From Candidatus Omnitrophota bacterium (lineage in GTDB: Bacteria; Omnitrophota; Gorgyraeia; Zapsychrales; Fredricksoniimonadaceae), in NCBI GenBank assembly GCA_963769315.1, contig CAVYLG010000003.1:938397-1002396 (forward strand): a DNA stretch of 64,000 nucleotides, read 5' to 3'. The translations under genes and the position numbers were made by a program. Under the pieces are notes generated by a model. That model saw nothing but the letters and a program-made list of their open reading frames with translations, had not been told where the DNA came from and did no database searches. The number at the start of each line of letters is the position of its first letter. Positions within the stretch are counted from its first letter, which is position 1. Shown piece by piece: positions 48,591-59,769 of this stretch.

Positions 48591-48917
48591 TCAATACGAA
48601 ATATTCTGCCTGCGTTCATTTTTAGGATGTTTAAAAACCTGTCCTTCTTCTTTGTACTTACGCAGTAAAAAATGCGTGGCTGTCTGGCGCACATTGGCCA
48701 TGGATGAAAGTTTCGCGGCAACAAAATCCGCCACCGTGTGTATGCTTTCCCCCTCGACAACCACCAATAAATCATAACCGCCGGAAAGCAAATAACAACT
48801 TTTAACCTGCGGGATAACTGTAAATCCGCTCGGCGATGCTGTCAAAACCAACGTCTTTTTGAGGCGTGATCGACACCTCAATCAAGGCGCGTACTGTTGT
48901 TGACGGACTTGTCTTAA
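48591..48917 (-). pseudogene. Stand-alone Lrp/AsnC ligand-binding (RAM) domain protein, no HTH; one frame interruption
   Basis: MSKVKTSPSTTVRALIEVSITPQKDVGFDSIAERI... (ATG 48915-17, AAGGAG upstream) continues after a shift as ...VIPQVKSCYLLSGGYDLLVVVEGESIHTVADFVAAKLSSMANVRQTATHFLLRKY.... Confidence 0.65.
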
Positions 48918-48984
48918 CTTTAGACATAAGAACTCTCCTTCTATCCTCCGCCGCTTAAAGGCAACATCCCTGACGAGGCCCACC

Positions 48985-49998
48985 CTATTGTTTTGTATCT
49001 TTGCCCTGAACAAAATTCACCCGGCGCTCTAATTTGGCCACCTGGTCTCTTAAAACATCAATATCTTCACGCAACACCTTGATCTTATCGCGCATCTGAT
49101 TATTACGGGCATCCGTCTGCACCATTTCGTGGATCAATTTCTTTTTCCTTTACCGGCCATGACAAGGCCGTCAACGAATGATTCTCTTAACTCATCCAAG
49201 CGCAATTCATAAGCGTTAATATTAGCCTCAAGCTGGTCCTTGCGTTTTTTAAGCTGCTCATACTTACGCGCATTCGTCTGCCCATGCCCCCTCCCTGATG
49301 ATTCTTTGTTGTGCCGCAACTTTTGTAACCGCAAAATATCCAAACGGGCTTCAAGCTGTTTGTTCTGTTCATTAACGGCATCCACATTCAAATTTTGTGT
49401 TTTATCACCCGTTTTTAAACTCCCCCAGTTCATTTTCCAAGAGCACTTCCTGTCTGTTTTCATCTTCGAGCTGCTTGCGCAATTGCGTCAGCTGATCATC
49501 ACCTGGGGCTTGGCCTGAATTTTGATACGCCTGGACCTCCTTTGTTCCCATCTGCTGACGAAGTTCAATATGCGAAATCATATTCTTCGCTTGTTGTATT
49601 CTATGGTCTAGGTCTGCCTGCTTCTTTTTCAAATTCTCCCATTGTTCATCAAAATTACGGACCTCCTGCTTTTTAGTTTTAATAATCTGCGTCAATTCCT
49701 CGATACGCACCTGCTGGTCTGTCCGGCCATGCCTCTCTTTTAAAAAACGGGCCATCTGTTCATTTTTATTCTGCTGCTCGTCAATCGATTGCCGTAATTT
49801 TTGCGCCTGTTCTGTCAACTTCCGGTATTCAACTTGAAATCCATTATTTTCAACCAACAAGGTCTGGGCTTTGGATTTGATCACATCCAGGGTCAATTGC
49901 CATTGCTCCGGCATGGATGAAAGCTCTTAGGCACCTGAGCCCTGACATCAAAGCCCACCACCAAAAAGGCAATATAACGATGAATTGACAAAACCTCA
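48985..49998 (-). pseudogene. Coiled-coil protein with N-terminal signal/anchor (hypothetical); at least 3 frame interruptions
   Basis: MRFCQFIVILPF... (anchor) is followed by Q/E/K/L-rich sequence across track ORFs 49405..49914 and 49134..49463. The tail ...KKLIHEMVQTDARNNQMRDKIKVLREDIDVLRDQVAKLERRVNFVQGKDTKQ* ends at TAG 48985-87. Confidence 0.5.
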
Positions 49999-50052
49999 TG
50001 TTACTAATTATAGCGGGTTATTCCCGATGGGGCAAGGATGAGAAAATAAATC

Positions 50053-50692
50053 TCATGGGGATTTATTACCCACAAATAAAAAACCTTTGAGCCGTCCGCT
50101 GTCGGGATCCGGCACTTTGGAAGTCATTTTTGCCGCTTCCTCAGGGGAACATTGATCTTCAAACTGGACGACCAACTTGCGGCTGGGTCGAGAACGGTTA
50201 TGCACCTTGGCCACCGGTTCCTGCCCTAAAAAACAACCCTTGGTATACGAGACATAGTCATATTCATGCACATTGAGGATAAACTCATCCGCCTGATAAT
50301 CAATTCCCATCAAAGGAATCCTGTGGTCAAGCCGAAAAAGTATAAATTCCTCATCACTGACACTCGTTGGCGTGCTTCCCGGATAATATGACAATTTTAA
50401 AGGTATCTAGATCCATAAAAACATTTTGGTTGACCGCCTCCATTTTCACATTGCTTAATCTCGCATATCGTTCCAGGTGCTTTAAAAGATTGTCCACCGC
50501 GATCGAGGGTACGCTCATCAAGAATTCATCATCGCTGATTCTTTGCTGGCGGAATGTTGCGATGATGCGCCCATGCTGGTTTAAAAAAGCATTTAGCGGG
50601 GCATCCAGGGTGTTGGAAGTGATCCCGTTTAAAAATCCGGACGCATTGCCCTTAATGCTTAAAATCGTATCGTTAAGTTTATACAACCGCAT
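50053..50692 (-). pseudogene. YgfZ/GcvT-like folate-binding protein; one frame interruption
   Basis: The N-terminal part is MRLYKLNDTILSIKGNASGFLNGITSN.... The C-terminal part carries the family motif ...YTKGCFLGQEPVAKVHNRSRPSRKL.... The two ORF fragments overlap at about 50354-50394. Confidence 0.65.
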
Positions 50693-50715
50693 CGGATGAT
50701 TAGGACAATCCTTTT

Positions 50716-52139
50716 TCAACTTGCCTGACTTATCTTACGGGCTAAGGCTAAGGCCTCGTTCTTTGTTTTAATTTTCCCCAAAGCTGCGGCTTCTTCAACA
50801 CTGGAAAGGATCTTCCCAAACAACTCCGAAGGTTTTAATTTTAAAACCTTGATCAAATCATGTCCTGTTAACAGGCGCTGCTTAGGCTTCTGGTCTTTAA
50901 GTTCAAAATAACGGTCAATGAGCATATGGCAGATTTTAGCATGATGCTTATGTTTCGCCTGTGTGGTCAAGGGCCCGCGGGTCGCGGCCTGGTCTGCCAA
51001 AGCCAAAATCGCAAGACTCACAGCCTCGTCCTTGGTGTCACGCAAATACCGGAATATGGCTTTTTCACTGGGGCGTTTAAAATTTGACAAATAGCCCGGC
51101 CTTAAATGCATCCGCACCGCATCCTCCAGAAAAAAGCGTTCTTTAACGGATAATTTCAAATGTTTGGCGACCTGCCGGGTGATGCGTTCTCCCGCGTGCT
51201 CATGACCGTGAAAGGTCATGCGCGTTCCCTTCCTGTCGACGGGTTTCCGGTTTCCCTATATCATGCAACAAAGCCGCCATTTTCAAAAGCGCCAAACGCG
51301 TATGCCCCCCGCCGATGATTTCCTGCAAATAAGCCTTCATGCGCTCATTGCGGCTCATCTCTTCGATCAATCTTTTCTAATTTGCGCAATCACTTCCAAA
51401 GAATGCCGCCACACATCCAAATGATGATAACCGCCCTGATGAACCCCGTACATGACGGTGATCTGCGGGATGACCTTGGGCAAAAGCCCTATCTTATCCA
51501 TCTCAGATAATGTTTCATACGCCCGGGATGAAGCTAAAATTTTAAAAATCTCCTCGCGTATCCTTTCCGCGGCCACCGTCGAAATCAAATGCGCGTCTTT
51601 TTTGATTTGCGTCCGGGTTTGAGCATCCATTTTAAAACCAAGGGTGGCCTGCAAGGTAAAGGCGCGCAAAAGCCTCAAAGGATCATCCTTAAAAACCTTG
51701 GGGTTCACCATGCGCACCACGCCTGCCTTTAAATCCCGTCGGGCCCCTTTAACTTCCAGGATGGCTGAATCGTCAAGCGTCTTCACCCAAAATATCCACG
51801 GCCAGCGCGTTAATGGTAAAATCCCGTAAGGCTAAATCTTTTTGAATGCTTGTTCCCCGCCAATCGGTCAAATCAAAAGTCCAAATTGCTCCATCTGATT
51901 TTTTTGACAACCCGGGCACTGCCATGTTCGCGGTCAAGCAGGACAAAGGCACCTTTAATCCGGCGGGCAAACTGGCGGGCCAAGGCAATCGCCCCTTGAT
52001 CAACGGCAAAATCAAAATCAGTCCCCCGGCGGTTAAGATAATAATCGCGCAGGGCCCCGCCCACTAAAAATACACGGCGCCTGCTGCCTTTAAGCGCATC
52101 ACGGACCAAAGACAATTGAGGATAAAAAGTCAAAGACAA
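50716..52139 (-). pseudogene. cca: tRNA nucleotidyltransferase/poly(A) polymerase family protein with HD domain (CCA-adding enzyme-like); at least 4 frame interruptions
   Basis: The N-terminus reads ...VFLVGGALRDYYLNRRGTDFDFAV... (GG.RD...D.D motif). The middle fragments give ...RDFTINALAV... and ...DPLRLLRAFTLQATLGF.... HD-domain pieces (...LLHDIGKPET... in a further frame, ...FHGHEHAGE...) follow. Confidence 0.75.
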
Positions 52140-52163
52140 AGGCCATTCCTAGTCATAATTTTG

Positions 52164-52568
52164 TTATGGTTGGGACAATGATGATTTTTGAAAGACTTCA
52201 TCAGCCACGAAAATCGGCGCTTTGAAGCGCACGGCCAAGGCGATGCTGTCAGAAGGACGGGAATCGATCATCTTGATCTCGCCGTCTTTGGATTTGATTT
52301 CTAATTTGGCATGGAAGGTATTGTTCACGAGCTTATCGATCACCACCCTTTCTAACTGGCCGCCCAAAACCTGCATCACATTGACTAAAAGATCATGGGT
52401 CATGGGCCGGGGCACATCCACCCCGGAAATCTTGATCTTGATGCTGGAGGCTTCCATAAAACCGATGACGATCGGGATTTGGCGCTCCCCGTCTTTTTCC
52501 TTAAGCACGATCACCTGGTCCTGGCGCTTTTCATCAATAATGATTCTGGATAATTCAACTTGGACCAT
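52164..52568 (-). CDS. Bifunctional nuclease family protein (DUF151/BFN)
   Basis: Intact 134-aa ORF: ...VIVLKEKDGERQIPIVIGFMEASSI...PRPMTHDLLVNVMQVLGG...DSRPSDSIALAVRFKAPIFV.... AAGGAGG lies upstream. Confidence 0.8.
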   Translation of the reverse strand: MVQVELSRIIIDEKRQDQVIVLKEKDGERQIPIVIGFMEASSIKIKISGVDVPRPMTHDLLVNVMQVLGGQLERVVIDKLVNNTFHAKLEIKSKDGEIKMIDSRPSDSIALAVRFKAPIFVADEVFQKSSLSQP

Positions 52569-52581
52569 ATTATTTGCCTCC

Positions 52582-53074
52582 TTAACAACCGGCCTTTTTG
52601 TTTTTTAAGCTTTTTGATTTTATTTTTAGTCAAAATCGTCTGTAATTCATCCATGAACTGATTGACGTCGCGAAACTGACGGTAAACAGAGGCAAAACGC
52701 ACATAAGCCACTTCATCTAAAACGGACAAACGGGTCATGATCATCTCCCCGATGTCTTTGGAGTAAATTTCACGGTCGTATTTCTTGCGGATGGTATGCT
52801 CAATATCATCCACCATGGCTTCAATCTGCTCAACACTGATCGGCCTCTTCTCGCAGGCCTTGATCAAGCCATTAAGAACACGCGTCCGGTCAAAGGCCTG
52901 GCGGCGGCCGTCGCGCTTGACGACCATCAAAGGCACCTCTTCGATATACTCATAGGTGGTGAAGCGCTCTTCACACTTGGAGCATTTGCGCCGGCGGCGG
53001 ATGGATGTCCCATCGCTGTTAAGCCGCGAGTCCATCACATTAGTACCTTTATAGCCGCAGGACGGACAACGCAT
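52582..53074 (-). CDS. nrdR: Transcriptional repressor NrdR; probable indel near the 3' end
   Basis: Zn-ribbon MRCPSCGYKGTNVMDSR...RRRRKCSKCEERFTTYE plus the ATP-cone. The track ORF (52511..53074) runs 57 nt into the next gene. An alternative frame gives a stop at 52582-84, inside TGTTAAGGAGG just before the BFN start, which yields a typical ~160-aa NrdR. Confidence 0.85.
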
Positions 53075-54357
53075 AATTTAACATTAAACCATTATTGGAC
53101 CATCGCAGGTCAGGTGTATCCGTATAAATAGGAAATTCCTGGGCCAGATGCTCAACTTCCCGACGGATTCTTCCTAATTCCGTCTCATTGTCCCGGTTAA
53201 GCACGCAACGGTCGATCAAATCCGCGATAATGAGCATTTGGGCTTCTTTCATGCCGCGGGTGGTGACCGCCGGAGTTCCGATACGAATACCGCTGGCGAC
53301 CGTCGGAGGTTGCGGGGTCAAAAGGGACCAAATTCTTGTTAACGGTGATCTGCACGCGGTCTAAAAGCGCTGCCGCTTCTTTACCGGTGATCTTTTTAGG
53401 ACGCAAATCCACCATGAACAAATGATTGTCCGTGCCTCCGGTGACAATACGAAAACCTTTAGCAGCCAAGAGCACCGGCAAAGGCTTTGGCATTGGCAAT
53501 GATTTGTTTCTGATATTGCTTAAACTCCGGCGATAACGCTTCTTTAAAAGCCACGGCTTTGGCCGCGATAATATGCATCAAAGGCCCGCCCTGAATGCCG
53601 GGAAAAATGGCACTGTCGATTTTCTTGGCAAATTCCGCCTTGCATATGATCATCCCTCCCCGGGGCCCGCGCAAGGTCTTATGGGTCGTGGTGGTCACAA
53701 AATGGGCATACGGCACGGGGTTCGGATGCAAGCCCTGCCGCGACCAATCCCGCGAAATGGGCCATATCCACAAATAAATACGCGCCGACCTTGTCCGCGA
53801 TCGCACGGAAACGCTTAAAATCCAGAACCCTCGAATACGCCGAATAACCGGCCACGATCATTTTGGGCTTATGTTCCACGGCCAGACGCTCGACTTCATC
53901 CATATCAATAAGCTCGGTCTTAGCATCGACCTTATACGAAACAAAATGATACAAACGTCCGGAAATATTGATCTTTAAGCCATGGGTCAAATGCCCGCCG
54001 CAGGCCAGGTCCATCCCCATGACCGTGTCGCCGGGACTTAGCACAGACATATACACGGCCGTATTGGCCTGTGAACCGGAATGCGGCTGCACATTGACAT
54101 GATCGCCGCCAAAAAGTTCTTTGGCGCGCGCGATGGCCAGACTTTCAACCTCATCGACAAATTCACAGCCATTGTACCAGCGCGCGGCCGGATAGCCTTC
54201 GGCATACTTATTGGTCAGCACGCTCCCTGCGGCTTCCAAGACCGCGGGGGAAACAATATTTTCCGAAGCGATCAATTCAAGATTATTTTTCTGGCGTTTA
54301 AGCTCATGCTGTATGGCCTGAAAAATTTGAGGGTCGACTGTTTTGCAAATGCTTCAT
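53049..54357 (-). pseudogene. glyA: Serine hydroxymethyltransferase GlyA; at least 4 frame interruptions
   Basis: The start MKHLQ... (ATG 54355-57) is followed by ...[31 protein letters not shown]..., ...[15 protein letters not shown]... (PLP-lysine motif, in the 53459..53806 fragment), ...[14 protein letters not shown]... and ...[14 protein letters not shown]... in successive frames. Confidence 0.92.
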
Positions 54358-54808
54358 TTCGAAAACTCCTTTTCTATATTTTGAATTTGTTCTTTGCGGC
54401 GCAAATGCCGTCCGCCTTCAAACTCGGTTGAAACCAGATTTTAATGATCTCCAACATATTGGCTTCATCCACAAATTTGGACCCCAAAACCAACACATTG
54501 CTGTCATTATGCTGACGGGAAAACGCGGCCGCTTCCTTGTTATAAACCAGGGCCGCATAAACTCCCGGCACTTTATTCGCGGCGATGGAATGCCCGATGC
54601 CGGTCATGCACAAAAGGATCCCCCGGCTGCCGGGATTGCGCACAACCTCCACGGCCACCTTATAAGCAATCTGGGGATAATCACAGGCAACACTTTCCGT
54701 ATGCGTGCCCATATCCACCACTTCATGCCCCAGGCCTTTAAGCCATTCATCAACTTTTTTCTTTAATTGAAACCCGCGATGGTCCGCACCAACAAATATT
54801 TTCATCAA
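54354..54808 (-). CDS. rpiB: Ribose-5-phosphate isomerase B; C-terminal frame interruption
   Basis: MKIFVGADHRGFQLKKKV...GILLCMTGIGHSIAANK.... The conserved end, ...FEGGRHLRRKEQIQNIEKEFSK*, is in another frame, and its TGA overlaps the glyA ATG (ATGA, 54354-57). Confidence 0.88.
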
Positions 54809-55873
54809 AGCAACTCCTCTATCTTTTCAATCGCTTCATCAATCGTCAACAGGCATTCCTGATAGGCCGCGTGCGGCTGGCCGATGGGGTCCGGCACATC
54901 CAAATCCGCCTCAAACCCCCGATGGGTATTGCCAAATTCCTTCAAGAGATAAACCCTTTTTTCCACCGACGGAACACGCTCTAAGATCTGCGCGCGGTGC
55001 GCGCGGGTCATGGCAAAAATCAAATCTGATTTTTTAAGCATAATGCTCCCCAACGGCCTGTGAAATATGCGCCGCGGCATTGATCCCGCGCTCCTTTAAA
55101 ACCGCAATGGTCTCCTGGCTGGCCGCGGACTTAAAATAAACACTGGTCCCCGCCGAATGGACTTCCACATCTTCACGGCCGATCAATTTGGCTTTAAGCA
55201 AATATTCCGCCATGACCGAACGGCAGCTGTTTCCCGTGCACACAAATAAAACACATTTCTTGTTGATGGTACGGTCCACATCCGGCTGGGTGATGACCCC
55301 CTCACGCGTGACGGTCGGATGCGTCATGGTAAAATCAAGGATCGTCGAAGAAATCCCAAAATCCACCGGACCGCCGTCTAAAGCCAAATCCACCTGGCCG
55401 TCCAGGTCTTCCAAGGCTTCCTGGCAATTGGTAGGGGCCTTTTTGCCTTCCAGATTTGCCGAAGGGGCCGCGATCGTGCAGCCGCTTTCTTCCACCAGAC
55501 GCAAGGCCACGGTATGGTCCGGCATGCGTATGCCGATCGTTTCCCCTTCATGCCGGGCCGGCACAATCACCGTCAAAGGCCCGGGCCAATACTTATCAAT
55601 CACCTTGTATAAATTCGGATGCGTATACGTCGAATAATTCTCAATGATCCCCCGCTGGGCCACTAAAATAGAAAAAAGCTTCCCATCCGCACGGCGCTTG
55701 ACCGCGCGCAGGCGGTCCATGGCCTTGGGATTATTGGAATCCGCGGCGATGCCGTAGACGGTTTCCGTCGGAAAAATCACCAACCCGCCCTGGCGCACAA
55801 TGCGGGCCGCCTCGGCGATTTTTTCCGGTTCCGGTAAAGCTGAATTGACTTTTAAAACCTTAGTGGCGCCCAT
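54805..55873 (-). pseudogene. Fusion of L-threonylcarbamoyladenylate synthase (TsaC/YrdC domain) with a low-molecular-weight protein phosphatase domain; one frame interruption in the phosphatase part
   Basis: YrdC domain: ...GGLVIFPTETVYGIAAD...YWPGPLTVIV...IAAPSAN.... It continues in-frame (...VITQPDVDRTINKK-) into CVLFVCTGNSCRSVMAEY (the C-X5-R-S P-loop). The phosphatase C-terminus (...DLIFAMTRAHRAQI...VPDPIGQP...) follows after a shift near 55034-55080. Confidence 0.75.
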
Positions 55874-57154
55874 AAGCAGGTTTTTCTTTCAGGATTTTGC
55901 TCGCGATATCCCGGCGAAAAAACATATGGTCAAACTCAATTTTACTCACGGCATTATACGCTTTTGCGGCAGCTGCTTCAAGGTTTCTGCCTAAGGAGGT
56001 GACCCCCAAGACCCTGCCGCCATTGGTGACCAAGGTCCCTCCGTCATTTTTAGTGCCGGCATGAAAAACAACCGTATCTTCATCCTTGATCTCATCCAGG
56101 CCGCTGATGGCAAATCCACTTTGATATTTGCCGGGATAGCCGCCTGAGGCGATCACCACACAGACACAGGCCCGCTCATCCCATTTGACTTTTATTTCAT
56201 GAAGCCTGCCGTCGCAGGCCGCCAAAAAATTTCCACGATATCGCATTGCAAGCCGCGGCAGAATGCATTGGGTTTCAGGGTCTCCGAAACGCACATTGAA
56301 CTCCAAGGCCTTAGGGCCATCGGCGGTCAACATCAATCCCGCAAAAAGAACGCCTTTAAAAGGATTGCCTTCCTGATACATGCCGCGGATGGTCGGTTCA
56401 ATGATCCGGGTGATGATCTGGTCCAAAACCTCCGCCGTCACCAAAGGGCTCGGAGAAAACGCCCCCATCCCGCCGGTATTAGGCCCCAAATCATCATCAA
56501 AAATACGTTTATGGTCCTGCGCCGTCGGCAAAACCAAAAAATGTTTGCCGTCGCAGACAGCCAAGACCGATGCTTCAGGCCCTTGCAGGCATTCTTCAAT
56601 GACGATCCTGTTCCCCGCGGCTCCAAATATTTTTTGGACCATGATCTCATCAATGGCTGTTTTAGCCTGCTTTAAGGTCAGCGCAAACATAAACGCCTTT
56701 GCCGGCGGCAATCCCGTCGGCCTTAACGACTAAAGGAAACTGGGCTTGCTTGTAAAAAAGCCAGCGCTTGGGACGGCATCATCAAAAATTTTATACCCGG
56801 CTGTCGGGATATTGCGGCGGCTGCATGAATTCTTTGGCAAAAACCTTGCTGCCTTCAAGCTGCGGCCGCGGCTTTGGAAGGCCCGAAAATTTTTAACCCT
56901 TTATGCGCAAAAGCATCCACCACCCCGGCAACCAGGGACACTTCCGGGCCGACAACGGTCAGATCAATCTTTTTCTGCAAGGCAAATTGCAAAAGCGCGT
57001 CCACGTCATCGACGCTGATATTCACACATTCAGCGATTTGGGCAATGCCGCCGTTGCCGGGCGCGCAATAAAGCCGCTTGACCTTAGGGGACTGTTTGAT
57101 CTTCCAGCACAGCGCATGTTCCCGCCCGCCGGAGCCTATGACTAAAATATTCAT
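55860..57154 (-). pseudogene. purD: Phosphoribosylamine--glycine ligase PurD; at least 2 frame interruptions
   Basis: MNILVIGSGGREHALCWKI... (56855..57154). After a short segment in another frame come ...GPNTGGMGAFSP..., ...LEFNVRFGDPETQ... and ...GGRVLGVT... (55860..56711). Confidence 0.9.
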
Positions 57155-57261
57155 TAATACTCCTATATGTCATCTATTCATACGTCATCCTCACACTTGA
57201 TTCGCAAAGGTCATGCCTCACTATCAATCCCTCCTGAATCGTGCAACATTCGATCACATAC

Positions 57262-58268
57262 TTATTCAAAAATAACTTTATGCTTTGAGTCCTGTATCAC
57301 TTCACCGATGACAAACGACTCTACTTTATGAGTACGCAAAAAGGCTTGCACTCCGACGACATCTTCAGGGCGAAACCACCAAGGCAAATCCAATGCCCAT
57401 ATTAAAGGTGCGGTACATCTCATGCTCCGGGATATGGCCTTTGTCCTGAATCAGCTCAAATATCCTGGGGATCGGCCAACTGCCTTTGTTAACGGCAAAA
57501 CATAAACCCTTAGGCAAAACCTTGGTCAACTTTTCATACCAGGCCCCGCCTGTCATATGCGCCATGCCCTTGACTTGAATTTTCTCAAGCAAGGCCAATA
57601 CCGGCTTAACATAAATGCAGGTGGGCTTAAGCAAAATTTGCGCGTAGAGCTTTTGCTCTTTTGTGCTTAAGGCCTTGCGGGCCAGCGAATAGCCGTTAGA
57701 ATGCAACCCTGAAGACGGCAGGCCCATGAGCACATCATCGCATTTGATCCCTGTTCCGTCAATGATGCCTTCGGCCTCCACCACCCCGACTGTAAAACCC
57801 GCCAAATCATAATCCTCGCCCTTGTACATATCCGGCATTTCCGCGGTTTCTCCGCCGATCAAGGCACATCCGGCCATCCGGCATCCGGCGACAATGCCTT
57901 TCATCACATCCTTCATGATCTTGGAATTAAGTTTGCCGGTGGCTATGTAATCCAGAAAAAACAAAGGCCTGGCACCTGTGCACAAGATATCATTAACGTT
58001 CATCGCCACCAGATCAATGCCCACGGTATCATGCTTGCCCGCCAGATTGGCGATCAATAATTTTGTCCCAACACCATCGGTGGAAGAAACCAATACCGGA
58101 TTCTTATATTTTAAAAAACTCAAATCAAACAAAGCCCCAAATGAACCCGGACGATTAATGACCCCTTCGGTTCATGGTCACCGAGGACATCTGTTTGATC
58201 GCATCCACAAACCGGTTGGCCTTGGCAATATCCACCCCTGCTTTTTTATAAGTCAATTTTTGTGCCAT
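57262..58268 (-). pseudogene. purM: Phosphoribosylformylglycinamidine cyclo-ligase PurM; at least 2 frame interruptions
   Basis: MAQKLTYKKAGVDIAKANRFVD... (ATG 58266-68), then ...[14 protein letters not shown]...[13 protein letters not shown]... (57365..58132). The tail ...[35 protein letters not shown] ends at TAA 57262-64. Confidence 0.9.
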
Positions 58269-58296
58269 AATGTCTCAATCCTCCTCGTGATTAATG

Positions 58297-59093
58297 TTAC
58301 AAATTTTCCTTCACGTAATTAATGCCGTTTTCGAATATCTTTGCCCCGTCGCCGAATTCACTCTTTTTAGTCAAGCGCGTCCAAAACGGATGCTGCTCAA
58401 ATAAAAAATGCCGCTCCGGATGCGGCATCAAGCCCAAAACCCGTCCGGTGGTGTCACAAATGCCCGCGATATCATCTACTGACCCATTGGGATTGTCCGG
58501 ATACGAAGGCTTGCCCCCATCAGGAGCGCAATAACGAAAGACAATTTGCCCGTTACCCGCAAGCGCATCCAGCACTTTTTTATCCCGCGGGATAAATTTC
58601 CCCTCACCATGGGCCACCGGCAAATAAATCTGTGGCGGACATCCCCTTGGTCCACACACAGCGGCTTTCCACCTTCAAATGCACCCAACGGGCCTCGAAT
58701 TTCGCAGAATCATTATAAAATAAAGTCGCTTCCTGTCCAATTCCGATCTCCATCCCAAGCCCCGGCAAAATGCCGGCTTTGGCCAAAATCTGAAATCCGT
58801 TACATATGCCGATAATTAATTTACCGTCACGGATAAATTGTTTAATATCTTCTGCCTAATTTCAAACGCAATTCATTGGCCAAAATGCGGCCGGAGGCAA
58901 TATCATCCCCGTAACTAAACCCGCCGGGCAAAGCCAGGATATGATAATCACTTAATTTTTTGACGCCGGAGATCAAGGCATTGATATGCACCTGCTCGAC
59001 ATCGGCGCCCAAACGGCTGAAAGCAAACGCTGTTTCCTCATTGCAGTTGGTGCCGGCGGTGCGAATAACTATGACTTTAACATTTTGTGACAT
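58297..59093 (-). pseudogene. purQ: Phosphoribosylformylglycinamidine synthase subunit PurQ (glutaminase); at least 2 frame interruptions
   Basis: MSQNVKVIVIRTAGTNCNEETAFAF...ILALPGGFSYGDD... leads to a middle segment containing the GICNGFQ-type region in another frame, then ...VAHGEGKF...NPNGS...IAGICD..GRVLGLMPHPER.... Confidence 0.88.
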
Positions 59094-59096
59094 AAA

Positions 59097-59769
59097 TTAT
59101 TTCTTTTTCTTGGCGTAAAATTTCTTGATAATCTTAACCACATCTTCCGGCTTATCGGCCGTTTGTATAATATCCAAATCTTGAGGCTCAATACAGCCTT
59201 CCTTGAGCACGGTGTCCTTAAACCAATCCAAAAGCCCTTTCCAGTATTTGCTTCCATAAAGAACGACCGGAAATTTATCCATGCGCTTGGTCTGGATCAA
59301 AGTGATGCTTTCTGATAATTCATCCAAAGTCCCATAGCCGCCGGGAAAAATCACAAAGGCCTTGGCGTATTTGACAAAACAGACCTTGCGGCAGAAAAAA
59401 TAATGAAAATTGATCAAATGATTGATATATTTATTTGGCTTTTTGTTCAGAGGGCAGATCAATATTAAGCCCGATGGATTGGCCGCCTGCCTTGGCAGCC
59501 CCTTTATTGCTTGCCTCCATGATGCTGGGGCCTCCGCCGGTGATGACCGCGTAACCTGCTTTGACCAAAAGCTCAGCTGTCTTTTCCGCCGCTTTATAAT
59601 AGGAATGCGGGTTGTGGATGCGGGAAGAACCGAATATGCTGACAGCCGGCCCAATGTCTTTGAGCTCTTCAAACCCATCGACAAATTCCGCCATAATGCG
59701 GAAAATGCGCCATGGATCTTCCATCATTTCCAAATCAGGGGCTTGCGAATGTTTTTTTATTTTTACCAT
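59097..59769 (-). pseudogene. LOG/TIGR00730-family Rossmann-fold nucleotide N-ribohydrolase; one frame interruption
   Basis: ...VSIFGSSRI...AELLVKAGYAVITGGGPSIMEA.NKGA..AGG.SIGLNI.LP.EQ... (59431..59769) joins to ...FVIFPGGYGTLDELSE...Q... (59097..59684). The PGGxGTxxE motif is present. Confidence 0.8.

Noticed and set aside
52511-52600. A 57-nt overlap of nrdR with the downstream BFN gene, and a 26-nt overlap of glyA with nrdR, as unusual overlapping-gene arrangements.
   Set aside because: For nrdR, an alternative frame ends at TAA 52582-84, right before the BFN RBS, and gives a normal-length NrdR. Within an indel-rich segment, C-terminal read-through is the likelier cause. The glyA end is similarly unreliable.
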